Assembly: GCA_963826115.1 (NCBI GenBank)
Contig: CAWGVS010000010.1
Location: 416,001 to 480,000 of the forward strand
Length of the DNA: 64,000 nucleotides
From: an uncultured Candidatus Rokubacteria bacterium
GTDB lineage: Bacteria; Methylomirabilota; Methylomirabilia; Rokubacteriales; DASRDR01
Direction: 5' to 3'
In this document: piece after piece, positions 1 to 9,907 of the stretch
Layout of the letters: each line of letters opens with the position of its first letter
Position numbering within the stretch: the stretch's first letter is position 1
Translations under genes and position numbers: made by a program
Notes under the pieces: model-generated
Databases searched by the model: none
What the model was told of the DNA's origin: nothing
Seen by the model: the letters and a program-made list of their open reading frames with translations, nothing else

Positions 1-144
1 GCCGTTGCCGAGCACGGTGAAGAACGGGTTGTCCAGGCCCTTGACCACGACCGCGAGGGTCTTCTTCTGCTGGGCCGGGGCGGGAGTGCTCCCGACGAGC
101 GCGAGCGCCCAGACGCCGATGAGGACGAGGATCGTCTTTTTCAT
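1..144 (-). CDS. Sugar ABC transporter substrate-binding protein (RbsB/Peripla_BP-like), 5' part, runs off the window edge
   Basis: Manual translation from ATG at 144: MKKTILVLIGVWALALVGSTPAPAQQKKTLAVVVKGLDNPFFTVLGNG. Signal peptide plus the 'VVKGLDNPFF' motif typical of RbsB-like proteins. Confidence 0.8.
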   Translation of the reverse strand, partial: MKKTILVLIGVWALALVGSTPAPAQQKKTLAVVVKGLDNPFFTVLGNG

Positions 145-346
145 TCCGCGCCTCCACGTGGTGCGTGATTCACGCCGTCGTGCCGCGGACCGGGCGGGTC
201 GTAGGCGGTCGCCGTTGACCACCGGACGACCATACCCCAGCCGAGGGGCCCACGCCAGGGGCCGGGGCGCGGCCCGTCCGGCGAATGATATTCGCGCCTT
301 ACCGGCCGGCGGCGCCGGATCCGCGCGCGTTTCGCTGGACAAGCGA

Positions 347-362
347 GTGAGTGCATGCTCAC
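347..362. promoter_or_regulatory. Probable TetR operator (GTGAG-N6-CTCAC inverted repeat)
   Basis: GTGAGTGCATGCTCAC lies 9 nt upstream of the TetR ATG at 372, the usual position of an autoregulatory operator. Confidence 0.55.
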
Positions 363-371
363 CTGGAAGGC

Positions 372-1055
372 ATGCGGAAGCGTGTCCGGCTCCCGTCGGG
401 GGAGCGTCGCCAGGCGATCGTCACGGCCGTGAAGGGCGTCTTCGCCGCCAAGGGCTTCGACGGCACGACGACGCGCGAGCTCGCGCGCGCGGCGGGCGTG
501 TCGGAGGCGCTCCTCTACAAGCACTTCCCCAGCAAGGAGTCCCTCTACGCCGGCATGCTCGACGCGTGCGCCGACGGGCGCATGGCCGCGGAGTTTGGCC
601 GCATCCTCGCGCGGCCCGCGTCCACGTCGACCTTGATCGTGCTGGTGCACCTCCTGACCTCGCACTTCGTGCTCTCGAAGGACCTCCAGAAGGTCACCAT
701 GCACCGTCTGGTGCTCCGGAGCCTCCTGGAGGACGCCGACTTCGTCCGGCTCGGCGCCCGACAGTTCGACGCGAGCTGGATCCGGAAGGTCGAGGCGTGC
801 ATCGAGGCGGCGGTCAAGTCCGGCGACCTGAAGGCGACGCCCGTCCGGCGGGACCTGGGCGCCTGGTTCGTGCACCACCTGGCGTTCGCGCTGATGCTGC
901 ATCTGCAGCCCAAGGTGCCGCCCGTCGACTACGGAATCCCTCGTTCCGCGCTGGTCGTCCAAGCAGTGTGGTTCCTTCTCCGGGGGATCGGCCTGGAGGA
1001 GGCGGCGATCCGGCGCCACTATCGCCCCCAGGCCCTGTCGCACCTCCCGACGTGA
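372..1055 (+). CDS. TetR/AcrR family transcriptional regulator
   Basis: N-terminal HTH 'FAAKGFDGTTTRELARAAGVSEALLYKHFPSKESLY'; sits upstream of RND genes; start taken at ATG 372 after GGAAGG. Confidence 0.92.
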   Translation: MRKRVRLPSGERRQAIVTAVKGVFAAKGFDGTTTRELARAAGVSEALLYKHFPSKESLYAGMLDACADGRMAAEFGRILARPASTSTLIVLVHLLTSHFVLSKDLQKVTMHRLVLRSLLEDADFVRLGARQFDASWIRKVEACIEAAVKSGDLKATPVRRDLGAWFVHHLAFALMLHLQPKVPPVDYGIPRSALVVQAVWFLLRGIGLEEAAIRRHYRPQALSHLPT

Positions 1056-1084
1056 CGCGGCCAGAGCGACGCACAGGAATCGAC

Positions 1085-2500
1085 ATGAGCGTGTCATCGT
1101 TCGTCACCGCGGCCCGGACGCTCCTCGGCGTGGGCCTGCTCGCGCTGGCGCTCGCCGCCTGCGACCGGCAGGCCCAGCCCGCCTTCGAGCGGCCGCCGGC
1201 CCCCGTCGCCGTGGCGACGGCCGTCCAGCGCGATACGCCCCTCTATCTCGACGCCGTGGGGAAGTGCGCGGCCAACGAGGTGGTCTCCATCCAGCCGCAG
1301 ATCTCCGGGCGGATCGTGAAGATCCACTTCACCGACGGCGCCGACCTGAAGCAGGGCGACCTCCTGTTCACGATCGACCCGCGGCCGGTCCAGGCCGCCG
1401 TCCAGCAGGCCGAGGCCAACGTGGCGCGCGACCAGGCGCAGGCGCGCCAGGCTGAGGCCAACACCGCGCGCGACCAGGCTGCGGTGGCGCAGGCGCAGGC
1501 GGCGCTGACCCAGGCCCGGGCGCAGCTCGCCCAGGCGGAGGCCAACGTCGTCCGCGACCAGGCGCAGCTCGAGAACGCGCAGGCGCAGGACCGGCGCTAC
1601 GCCGAGCTGGTCCGCCAGGGGTACGTCGCCCGCGAGCAGGGCGACCAGGTCCGGACGGCCATGGAGACGGCGGCGGCCACGCTCCGGGCCGACCAGGCGA
1701 TGATCGACAACGGCAAGGCCGCCATCGCGGCCGCCGAGGCCTCGCTGGCGCAGGCGCGCGCCGCGGTGATTGCCGGCCAGGCGGCGGTCGAGAACGCCCG
1801 CGCCACCGTCCGCGCCAACGAGGCGGCGGTCGAGAGCACGCGGCTGCAGCTCGCGTACACGGAGATCCGGGCGCCGATCGACGGGCGCGCGGGCCAGCGG
1901 CTGGTCGACATCGGCAACGTCGTCACCGCCAATGCGGGCTCGCTCCTCAGCATCCAGCGGCTCGACCCGATCTACGCCGAGTTCACGGTGACGGAGAACG
2001 ACCTCACCGCGGTCCAGCAGCACATGCAGGGCGGCCGGCTCGCGGTCGAGGTGCGGCTGCCCGACCTGCCGGGCACGGTCATGCCGGGCACGCTGACCTT
2101 CGTCGACAACGCCGTGCAGGAGGGGACCGGGACCGTCAAGCTTCGCGCGACCGTGCCGAATCGGGAGCGCCGGCTCTGGCCGGGGCGCTTCGTGAATGTG
2201 CGGCTCATCCTCGGCCAGGTCGCCAACGCCGTGCTCATCCCCGGCGCGGCGCCCCAGGCGGCGGCGAAGGGCCTGTTCGTCTACGTGGTCAAGGAGGACG
2301 GGACGGCGGACATCCGGCCGGTGACGCTCGGACAGCGCCAGGGCGACCTGGTCATCGTGACGGCGGGCCTCAAGCCCGGCGAGCGCGTGGTCACCGTGGG
2401 CCAGATGGGCGTCACGCCCGGCGGGAAGGTCCGCATCGAGGCGCCGCCGGCCGCCGGGCAGCCCGCCACGCCCGGCGCGGACGCGAAGCCGAAGCCGTGA
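1085..2500 (+). CDS. RND efflux periplasmic adaptor (MdtA-like membrane fusion lipoprotein)
   Basis: Lipobox-like 'LALAACD', 'ISGRIVKIHFTDGADLKQGDLLFTIDPRP', long alpha-hairpin, 'YTEIRAPIDGRAG', 'TGTVKLRA'. True start at MSVSS (1085) inside the 5..2500 ORF. Confidence 0.92.
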   Translation: MSVSSFVTAARTLLGVGLLALALAACDRQAQPAFERPPAPVAVATAVQRDTPLYLDAVGKCAANEVVSIQPQISGRIVKIHFTDGADLKQGDLLFTIDPRPVQAAVQQAEANVARDQAQARQAEANTARDQAAVAQAQAALTQARAQLAQAEANVVRDQAQLENAQAQDRRYAELVRQGYVAREQGDQVRTAMETAAATLRADQAMIDNGKAAIAAAEASLAQARAAVIAGQAAVENARATVRANEAAVESTRLQLAYTEIRAPIDGRAGQRLVDIGNVVTANAGSLLSIQRLDPIYAEFTVTENDLTAVQQHMQGGRLAVEVRLPDLPGTVMPGTLTFVDNAVQEGTGTVKLRATVPNRERRLWPGRFVNVRLILGQVANAVLIPGAAPQAAAKGLFVYVVKEDGTADIRPVTLGQRQGDLVIVTAGLKPGERVVTVGQMGVTPGGKVRIEAPPAAGQPATPGADAKPKP

Positions 2501-5500
2501 ACCTCTCCGAGCCGTTCATCCGCCGGCCGGTCATGACGGCGGTCCTCACCGCCTCGGTGGTGCTCTTCGGCGTCCTGAGCTACCGCCAGCTGCCGGTGAA
2601 CGACCTGCCCGTCGTCGACTACCCGGTGATCCAGGTGCAGGCGGACTATCCGGGGGCCAGCCCCGACACGATGGCCAACAACATCGCGACGCCGCTCGAG
2701 CGCCAGTTCATGCAGATCACCGGGCTCGAGGTCGTGACCTCGAAGAGCACCCAGGGGCACGTCAGCCTGACGCTCCAGTTCTCGCTGGACAAGAGCATCG
2801 ACGCCGCCGCCACCGACGTCCAGACGGCGATCACCCAGGCCACCGGCAGCCTCCCCGTCGACCTGCCGTCACCGCCGACCCTGTCGAAGACGAACCCGAA
2901 CGACCAGCCGATCATGTACGTCGCGCTGACGAGCGACTCGATCACGCCCGGCCAGCTCTACGACTACACGAACGTCCAGATCGGCCAGCGCATCAGCATC
3001 CTGCCCGGCGTCAGCCGCGTCGCGGTCTTCGGCACCAAGTCGGCCATCCGCATCAAGGCGGACCCGGCGTCGATGTGGGCGCGCGGCATCTCGATCGACG
3101 ACCTCGCCAACGCCATCCGGGGCGGCACCAGCTACTCCGGGGCCGGGCAGCTGGACTCGGCGGCCGGCACCGCGCTGATCCGCCCCCACGGCCAGCTGGA
3201 CAGCGCCGACGCGTACCGGAGCCTCGTCGTCAACGTCAACTCGACCGGCGGCGCGCCCGTGTACCTCCGCGACGTCGCGGAGGTGAAGGAGTCCGTCCAG
3301 GACGAGCGCATCAGCATGCGGTACTGGGCGCGGGGCTACACCATCCCGTCCGCCACCGTCGTCATGGCCGTCTACCGGCAGGCGGGCGCGAACGCCGTGA
3401 AGGTGTCCCAGAGCATCAAGGACCTGGTGCCGGTCATCATGGCCGAGCTCCCGGGCGCGGTGCGCATCACGCCGGTCTACGACCGCTCGCAGACGATCGT
3501 GAACTCCGTCCACGACGTGCAGCTCACCCTGATCGTCGCGTTCGTGCTGGTCGTCGTCGTGATCTTCGTGTTCCTGGGCCGGGCGGCCGACACGCTGATC
3601 CCGGCCGTGGCGCTGCCGCTGTCGCTCCTGCTCACCTTCGTCGTCATGCGGCTTCTCGACTACAGCCTGGACAACCTGTCGCTGATGGCGCTCACGCTGG
3701 CCATCGGGTTCCTGGTGGACGACGCCATCGTGTTCCTGGAGAACACGGTGCGGCGCATGGAGCGCGGCGAGCGGGCCCTCGAGGCGACGCTCACCAGCGC
3801 CCGGGAGATCAGCTTCACGATCTTCGCCATGACCATCTCGCTGGCGGCCGTGTTCCTGCCGCTGGTCGTCATGCCAGGCCTGGTCGGCCGCATCTTCCGG
3901 GAGTTCGCCATCACGATCGTGGTGGCCATCCTCGCCTCGGGCCTCGTGTCGCTCACGCTGACCCCGCTGATGTGCGCGCGGCTCCTCGGACCGCGCGGGC
4001 ATGGGGCGGCCCAGACGTGGATGGAGCGGGTGATGGGCGGCGTCGAGCGCCGGATCCTCGGGATCTACGGCCGGTCGCTCGACTGGTTCCTGCGCCGGCG
4101 CCGGGTGGCCGTCGCGATCTGGCTCGCGTCCCTCCTGGGCACCGTCGGGCTGTTCCTCGTCGTCCCCAAGGCGTTCCTGCCGGTGGGCGACAGCAGCGTG
4201 GTCTTCGGCGTCTTCATCGCGCGCGAGGGCTCGTCGCCGGAGCAGATGCAGCGCGTGCAGGACCGGGCCGACGAGGTGCTCCACAACGACCCGAACGTCA
4301 TGACCGCGTTCACCATGACCGGGAACGGCGCGTTCCTGTCCTCGAACCAGGGGATCACCTTCACCTTCCTCCGGCCGCCCGAGGAGCGCGCGCCCATCGC
4401 CCAGGTGGCGGGCCAGCTGATGGGGAAGATGAGCTCGATCCCCGGGATGTTCGCGTTCCTGAGGCCCTACCCGGTGCTCGAGATCAGCACGGGGGCCACC
4501 AACCAGAACCAGGGGCAGTACGCGTTCTCGGTGTCGGGCGTGAACCCCGAGCAGGTGTACGACGCGGCGACCAAGCTGATGGCGAAGCTCTACGAGTACC
4601 CGGGGTTCGCCACGGTGTCCTCGGACTTCTTCAACAACACCCCGAACCTCGACGTCGAGCTCCGCCGGGACCAGGCCAAGATGTACGGGGTCTCGGAGGC
4701 GCGGATCCTGTCGCTCCTCCGCACCGCGTACTCCCAGAACTACGTGTACCTGATCAAGAAGCCGACGGACCAGTACCAGGTCATCCTCGAGATGGAGGAC
4801 TCCGCCCGGGCCCATCCGGAGGACCTCTCGCGCCTGTACATCCGGTCGGACGACGGGAAGAACCTGGTCCCGCTGAAGGCCCTCGTCGACTGGAAGACGA
4901 CGCTCGGGCCGCAGGCGGTGAACCACATCAACCAGTTCACCAGCGTCACGCTGTTCTTCAATCTGAAGCCGGGCGTGGCGATCGGCGAAGCGGCGGACCA
5001 CATCACGAAGACGGCCGCCGCGATCGTGCCGCCGACCCTGCGGGCCCAGCTCCAGGGCGAGGCCCTGACCTTCCAGAACACGGTGCGGGACCTGACGCTC
5101 CTGATGGCGCTCGCCGTGTTCGTGATGTACGTGATCCTGGCGATCCTCTACGAGAGCTACGTCCACCCGCTGACCGTGCTCTCGACCTTGCCCACGGCGC
5201 TGGTGGGCGGGCTGGCCACGCTCTACCTCTTCGGGGAGCCGGCCACCCTCTACGCGTTCGTCGGGATGTTCATGCTGATGGGCATCGTCAAGAAGAACGG
5301 GATCATGATCGTGGACTTCGCGCGGCACCGCGTCGAGGCGGGGCAGCCCGCGGCCCGCGCCATCCACGACGCGAGCCTCGACCGCTTCCGGCCGATCGTC
5401 ATGACGACCCTGGCCGCGGTGGCGGGGGCGGTGCCGATCGCGGTGGGCGTGGGCGCCGACGGCTCGTCGCGCCGGGCCCTCGGCCTGGTCATCGTCGGCG

Positions 5501-5721
5501 GCCTGATGGTGTCCCAGCTGATCACGCTCTACGTCACGCCGGTGATCTACCTCTACCTCGAGGGCTTCCAGACGCGGGTCCTCGACCGTTCGAGCTTCTT
5601 CCGGTCGGCGGCCCGTCGCGGGGCGGAGCGCGAGGCCGGGGTGGACCGGCGCGCCGTCCCGGCGGCGCCGACGGTCGCCGGCGGGAGCGGCGAGGACGAG
5701 CGCTCGGCCGGCTCCGCCTAG
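2497..5721 (+). CDS. RND efflux permease (MdtB/MdtC-like, HAE1)
   Basis: 1074 aa; 'FIRRPV', 'IGFLVDDAIVFLEN', 'GIVKKNGIMIVDFA', 'RFRPIVMTTLA'. Confidence 0.95.
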   Translation: MNLSEPFIRRPVMTAVLTASVVLFGVLSYRQLPVNDLPVVDYPVIQVQADYPGASPDTMANNIATPLERQFMQITGLEVVTSKSTQGHVSLTLQFSLDKSIDAAATDVQTAITQATGSLPVDLPSPPTLSKTNPNDQPIMYVALTSDSITPGQLYDYTNVQIGQRISILPGVSRVAVFGTKSAIRIKADPASMWARGISIDDLANAIRGGTSYSGAGQLDSAAGTALIRPHGQLDSADAYRSLVVNVNSTGGAPVYLRDVAEVKESVQDERISMRYWARGYTIPSATVVMAVYRQAGANAVKVSQSIKDLVPVIMAELPGAVRITPVYDRSQTIVNSVHDVQLTLIVAFVLVVVVIFVFLGRAADTLIPAVALPLSLLLTFVVMRLLDYSLDNLSLMALTLAIGFLVDDAIVFLENTVRRMERGERALEATLTSAREISFTIFAMTISLAAVFLPLVVMPGLVGRIFREFAITIVVAILASGLVSLTLTPLMCARLLGPRGHGAAQTWMERVMGGVERRILGIYGRSLDWFLRRRRVAVAIWLASLLGTVGLFLVVPKAFLPVGDSSVVFGVFIAREGSSPEQMQRVQDRADEVLHNDPNVMTAFTMTGNGAFLSSNQGITFTFLRPPEERAPIAQVAGQLMGKMSSIPGMFAFLRPYPVLEISTGATNQNQGQYAFSVSGVNPEQVYDAATKLMAKLYEYPGFATVSSDFFNNTPNLDVELRRDQAKMYGVSEARILSLLRTAYSQNYVYLIKKPTDQYQVILEMEDSARAHPEDLSRLYIRSDDGKNLVPLKALVDWKTTLGPQAVNHINQFTSVTLFFNLKPGVAIGEAADHITKTAAAIVPPTLRAQLQGEALTFQNTVRDLTLLMALAVFVMYVILAILYESYVHPLTVLSTLPTALVGGLATLYLFGEPATLYAFVGMFMLMGIVKKNGIMIVDFARHRVEAGQPAARAIHDASLDRFRPIVMTTLAAVAGAVPIAVGVGADGSSRRALGLVIVGGLMVSQLITLYVTPVIYLYLEGFQTRVLDRSSFFRSAARRGAEREAGVDRRAVPAAPTVAGGSGEDERSAGSA

Positions 5722-6980
5722 TCCGCGCCTGACAGCTCGCGGAGGCGGCCCTCGAGGAAGCGGCGCTCCGGTTCCTGTCGGGTGAGGGCGAGCGCGCGCT
5801 CGTAGGACGCGCGGGCCTCCGCCGCGCGGCCCAGCCGGCGGCAGAAGTCGGCCCGGGTCGAGTGGGCGAGGTGGTAGTCGGCGAGGTCGCCGCGCGCGAG
5901 AATGGCGTCGACCAGGGCCAGGCCCGCTTCCGCACCCTGGTGCATCGCCACCGCCACGGCGCGGTTCAGCTCGATCACCGGCGACGGCTCCACCCGCAGC
6001 AGCAGGTCGTACAGACCCACGATCTGGGCCCAGTCGGTCGCGTCCGCGGTCGGCGCCTGCGCGTGCACCGCGGCGATCGCCGCCTGGAGCGTGTACGGGC
6101 CGAAGCGGCGCGAGGACAGGGCCTGCGAGACCAGGCGCGATCCCTCCGCGATCTGCCGGCGGTCCCAGGCCGAGCGGTCCTGGGCGTCCAGGAGGATGAG
6201 CTCGCCGTCCGGCGTCGTGCGCGCCGCGCGCCGAGACTCGTGGAGCAGCATCAGCGCGAGGAGGCCCACCGCCTCGGGCTCTGGCAGGAGCTCGGTCAGG
6301 AGCCGCCCCAGCCGGATCGCCTCGCCGGAGAGGTCGTGACGCGTGAGCGAGGGTCCCGAGGACGCGAAGTACCCCTCGTTGAACACGAGGTAGATCACGT
6401 GGAGCACGGTGTCCAGCCGGTCCGGAAGCTCGGCGCGCTCCGGCACCTGGTAGGGGATGCCCGCGTCGCGGATCTTGGCCTTCGCCCGCACGATCCGCTG
6501 CGCGACGGCGCTCGGCGCGCTGAGGAAGGCCCGCGCGATCTCCTCCGTCGTGAGGCCGCAGACCTCGCGTAGCGTCAGCGCCACCTGGCCGGCCGGTGGG
6601 AGGGCCGGGTGGCAGCAGGTGAAGATCAGCCGCAGACGGTCGTCCTCGACGTCCTCTTCCTCGCGCATGGCTACGTCTTGCGCCTCCCCCTCGAGCCGTT
6701 CGGCGAGCTCACCCGAGGTGGCGTCGAAGCGGGCGCGCCGGCGGAGGCCGTCGATCGCTTTGAACCGGCCGGCGGAGACGAGCCAGGCGCGCGGATTCGC
6801 CGGCACGCCGTCCTTGGGCCACCGCTCCACCGCGGCGGCGAATGCCTCGTGGAGCGCCTCCTCGGCGAGGTCGAAGTCGCCGAGGAGGCGGATCAGGGTG
6901 GCGAGGACCCGCCGCGACTCGGCGCGGTAGACGGCCTCGACCGTCTCGCGCCCGCGCTCGCCCGCGCTCTCGTCCACCAT
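5718..6980 (-). CDS. ECF sigma factor with C-terminal TPR-like extension (ECF42 type)
   Basis: 'LGDFDLAEEALHEAF', 'DDRLRLIFTCCHPAL', 'VIYLVFNEGY', 'GPYTLQAAIAAVH'; adjacent to DGPF/YciI genes as is typical for ECF42. Confidence 0.92.
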   Translation of the reverse strand: MVDESAGERGRETVEAVYRAESRRVLATLIRLLGDFDLAEEALHEAFAAAVERWPKDGVPANPRAWLVSAGRFKAIDGLRRRARFDATSGELAERLEGEAQDVAMREEEDVEDDRLRLIFTCCHPALPPAGQVALTLREVCGLTTEEIARAFLSAPSAVAQRIVRAKAKIRDAGIPYQVPERAELPDRLDTVLHVIYLVFNEGYFASSGPSLTRHDLSGEAIRLGRLLTELLPEPEAVGLLALMLLHESRRAARTTPDGELILLDAQDRSAWDRRQIAEGSRLVSQALSSRRFGPYTLQAAIAAVHAQAPTADATDWAQIVGLYDLLLRVEPSPVIELNRAVAVAMHQGAEAGLALVDAILARGDLADYHLAHSTRADFCRRLGRAAEARASYERALALTRQEPERRFLEGRLRELSGAD

Positions 6981-7008
6981 TCCCACAAGCGGCGGCTGGG
7001 CTGCCCCG

Positions 7009-7374
7009 CTATTGGTGACAGCCGTCGGCGATGGGTCGGACCTCGACGGCCCAGCCCTGATGCTCGCCGAGCCGCGCGCCCGGGTGCATCGATGCCACCC
7101 GGACCGCCTCGTCGAAGTCCTTGGCCTCGATGATGAACAGGCCGCCGACCGTCTCCTTGGTCTCGACGAACGGGCCGTCGGTGGTGACGAGCCGGCCGTT
7201 CCGGGTGCGGACGGTCCGGGTCGCCCACTCGAGGCTCTCCACGGAGACGAGGTGGCCGCTCTGCCGGAGCTCCTCGTCGTAGACGCGGCATTTCGCGACC
7301 AGGGCCTCGAACTCGTCCTTGGACAGGGCCTCCATCTTCTGCTGGTCGCCGTAGGCGAGGCACAGGAACCTCAT
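7009..7374 (-). CDS. YciI/DGPF family protein
   Basis: 'TTDGPFVETKETVGGLFIIEA...VEVRPI'. Confidence 0.92.
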   Translation of the reverse strand: MRFLCLAYGDQQKMEALSKDEFEALVAKCRVYDEELRQSGHLVSVESLEWATRTVRTRNGRLVTTDGPFVETKETVGGLFIIEAKDFDEAVRVASMHPGARLGEHQGWAVEVRPIADGCHQ

Positions 7375-7488
7375 GACTCCTCCTCGATCGCGCGGAGATC
7401 GCGCTGAGCTGGGGACGGACGTCCGGTATCGATCGGTCGGTGCTCAGGAGTCCGCTCGTTCGAGCGTACCCCTGGCGCCGGCAGCTGG

Positions 7489-7845
7489 CTACGGTCGCGT
7501 GAACTCCCTCACGGGGCGCACCTCGATGCACCCGAGCCGCCCGGGCGGCATCTTCGAGGCCACGCGGATGGCGTCGTTCAGGTCCCGCGCCTCGATCAGC
7601 AGGAACCCGCCGAGCTGCTCCTTCGTCTCGGCGAAGGGGCCGTCGGTCGTCGTGAGCCGCCCGTTCCGCGTGCGGATCGTCGTGGCGGTCTGGACGGGCT
7701 GGAGGGCGTTCGAGGCGATGTACTGCCCGCTCCGCCGCAGCGCCTCGAGGTACTCGAACGTCTCGCTGACGAGGGTGTCGGACTCTGCCTTCGAGAGGGC
7801 GTCGAACGCTCGCTCCTCGTGGTAGATCAAGCAGAGGTATCTCAA
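7489..7845 (-). CDS. YciI/DGPF family protein
   Basis: TTG start at 7845 after AAGGAGGAG; (M)RYLCLIY...TTDGPFAETKEQLGGFLLIEA...IEVRPV. Confidence 0.9.
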   Translation of the reverse strand: MRYLCLIYHEERAFDALSKAESDTLVSETFEYLEALRRSGQYIASNALQPVQTATTIRTRNGRLTTTDGPFAETKEQLGGFLLIEARDLNDAIRVASKMPPGRLGCIEVRPVREFTRP

Positions 7846-7888
7846 GGAGATCTCCTCCTTCTCGGGGTGGAAGGGCGCAGTCACCCCG

Positions 7889-7917
7889 TAGTCGTCCGGC
7901 GCCGTCCGGGATCGACA
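7889..7917 (-). promoter_or_regulatory. ECF42-type promoter driving the yciI-yciI-sigma operon
   Basis: The minus strand reads TGTCGA-17 nt-CGACTA. Confidence 0.75.
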
Positions 7918-7967
7918 TGCCGCGCTCGCCGGGGGCGCCCCAGGGTCACGCCGGGCCGGGCGGAGGG

Positions 7968-7996
7968 TGTCGATCGCCGGGGGCCCCGTTCGACTA
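7968..7996 (+). promoter_or_regulatory. ECF42-type promoter driving the beta-propeller-MoaD-yciI-SRPBCC-DoxX operon
   Basis: TGTCGA-17 nt-CGACTA, with boxes and spacing identical to the divergent copy. Confidence 0.75.
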
Positions 7997-8094
7997 TAGA
8001 GTGAGAGGAAGGGTACCTGGTCCCGGTACGGGGACCGGGCTCGCGTGACGGACTGCAGGCCGAGCCATCCAGAGGCTCGGGAAGGAGCTTGGGG

Positions 8095-9210
8095 ATGAGC
8101 GGAGTACGGGTGCTCGTGGGGACGCGAAAGGGGGCGTTCGTCCTGACGTCGGACGGCAAGCGCGCCCACTGGGATGTCAGTGGCCCCCACTGGGGCGGCT
8201 GGGAGGTCTACCACCTCAAGGGCTCGCCCGTTGACCCGAACCGGCTGTATGCGTCCCAGTCCTCGGGCTGGTTCGGCCAGCTGATCCAGCGCTCGGACGA
8301 CGGCGGCAAGACGTGGGACGCGGTCGGGAACAAGCTCGTCTACGAGGGCGTCCCCGGGATGCACCTCTGGTACGACGGCACCCCGCGTCCTTGGGAGTTC
8401 TCGCGTGTCTGGCACCTCGAGCCGTCCCTGACCGATCCGGACACCGTCTACGCCGGGGTGCAGGACGCCGCGCTCTTCCGCTCGACCGACGGCGGGCAGA
8501 CCTGGCAGGAGCTGGCCGGGCTCCGCCAGCACCCGTCCGCCGGCCAGTGGCAGCCAGGCGCCGGCGGACTCTGTCTCCACACCATCCTTTTGGACCGGAG
8601 CCACCCCGGGCGCATGTTCGCGGCGATCTCGGCGGCGGGCACCTTCCGGAGCGACGACGCCGGCCAGACGTGGCGGCCCATCAACAAGGGGCTCCGGTCG
8701 GAGCAGATCCCCGACCCCACCGCGGAGGTCGGCCACTGCGTCCACCGCATCGCCATGCACCCGTCGCGTCCCCGGACGCTCTTCATGCAGAAGCACTGGG
8801 ACGTGATGCGGAGCGACGACGCCGGCGAGACGTGGCGGGAGGTGAGCGGCAACCTGCCGACCGACTTCGGGTTCCCGATCGACGTCCACGCCCACGAGCC
8901 GGAGACGATCTACGTGGTGCCGATCAAGAGCGACTCGGAGCACTACGTGCCGGACGCGAAGCTCCGCGTCTACCGGAGCCGCACGGGCGGCGGCGAGTGG
9001 GAGGCGCTCACGAAGGGCCTGCCGCAGCGGGACTGCTACGTGAACGTGCTGCGCGACTCGATGGCCGTCGATTCCTTGGACCCGTGCGGCGTCTACTTCG
9101 GCACCACCGGCGGCCAGGTCTACGCCTCCGCCGACGCGGGGGACAGCTGGGCGCCCATCGTGCGAGACCTGCCGTCCGTGGTGTCGGTCGAGGTCCAGAC
9201 GCTCGCATGA
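8095..9210 (+). CDS. BNR/Asp-box repeat beta-propeller protein (exo-alpha-sialidase/YVTN-like)
   Basis: Repeated S-x-D-x-G-x-T/S-W Asp boxes ([40 protein letters not shown]). Confidence 0.9.
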   Translation: MSGVRVLVGTRKGAFVLTSDGKRAHWDVSGPHWGGWEVYHLKGSPVDPNRLYASQSSGWFGQLIQRSDDGGKTWDAVGNKLVYEGVPGMHLWYDGTPRPWEFSRVWHLEPSLTDPDTVYAGVQDAALFRSTDGGQTWQELAGLRQHPSAGQWQPGAGGLCLHTILLDRSHPGRMFAAISAAGTFRSDDAGQTWRPINKGLRSEQIPDPTAEVGHCVHRIAMHPSRPRTLFMQKHWDVMRSDDAGETWREVSGNLPTDFGFPIDVHAHEPETIYVVPIKSDSEHYVPDAKLRVYRSRTGGGEWEALTKGLPQRDCYVNVLRDSMAVDSLDPCGVYFGTTGGQVYASADAGDSWAPIVRDLPSVVSVEVQTLA

Positions 9211-9503
9211 TCCGGGTGGTGCTCCCGGCGCACCTCCGGACGCTCGCCCGCGCGGAGGGGGAGGTGCGGCTCGACGTCGACGGCGAGGCCACCACGCGGG
9301 CGGTCCTCGACGCGCTGGAGGCGCGCTACCCGATGCTGCGAGGGACGGTCCGCGACCAGGTGACGGGCCGGCGCCGGGCGTTCCTGCGGTTCTTCGCCTG
9401 CGGGGAGGACCTGTCCCACGAGTCGCCCGAGGCCCCGCTGCCGGAAGCGGTCGCGACGGGAAAGGAGCCGTTCCTGATCGTCGGCGCGATGGCCGGCGGC
9501 TAG
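9207..9503 (+). CDS. MoaD/ThiS family ubiquitin-like protein
   Basis: [14 protein letters not shown]...[10 protein letters not shown]; 98 aa with C-terminal GG; ATGA overlap with the upstream stop. Confidence 0.9.
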   Translation: MIRVVLPAHLRTLARAEGEVRLDVDGEATTRAVLDALEARYPMLRGTVRDQVTGRRRAFLRFFACGEDLSHESPEAPLPEAVATGKEPFLIVGAMAGG

Positions 9504-9524
9504 GGACGTGATGGAGGAACGCGC

Positions 9525-9890
9525 GTGAGATACATGCTGCTGATCTACCTGCACGAGCACGCCCTGGACGAGGCCGAGCGCGAGGCCTGCTACCGGGAGT
9601 CCATCCAGCTCGCGCACGAGCTTCGCGCCGCCGGGCAGTACCTCGACGCCGCACCGCTCCAGCCCGTCGCGACGGCGGCGAGCGTCCGGGTGCGCGACGG
9701 CCGGCGGCTCGTGACCGACGGCCCGTTCGCCGAGACGCGCGAGCAGCTGGGCGGCTTCTTCATGATCGAGGCGAAGGACCTCGACGAGGCGACCGCCGTG
9801 GCCGCGCGGATCCCGATGGCGCGGAAGGGGACCGTGGAGGTCCGCCCGGTGATCGAGATCGCCGGTCTGCCGGACCCCGGGACGGTCTGA
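9525..9890 (+). CDS. YciI/DGPF family protein
   Basis: 'VTDGPFAETREQLGGFFMIEA...VEVRPV'. Confidence 0.92.
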   Translation: MRYMLLIYLHEHALDEAEREACYRESIQLAHELRAAGQYLDAAPLQPVATAASVRVRDGRRLVTDGPFAETREQLGGFFMIEAKDLDEATAVAARIPMARKGTVEVRPVIEIAGLPDPGTV

Positions 9891-9907
9891 GGCCAGGGGG
9901 AAACGCC

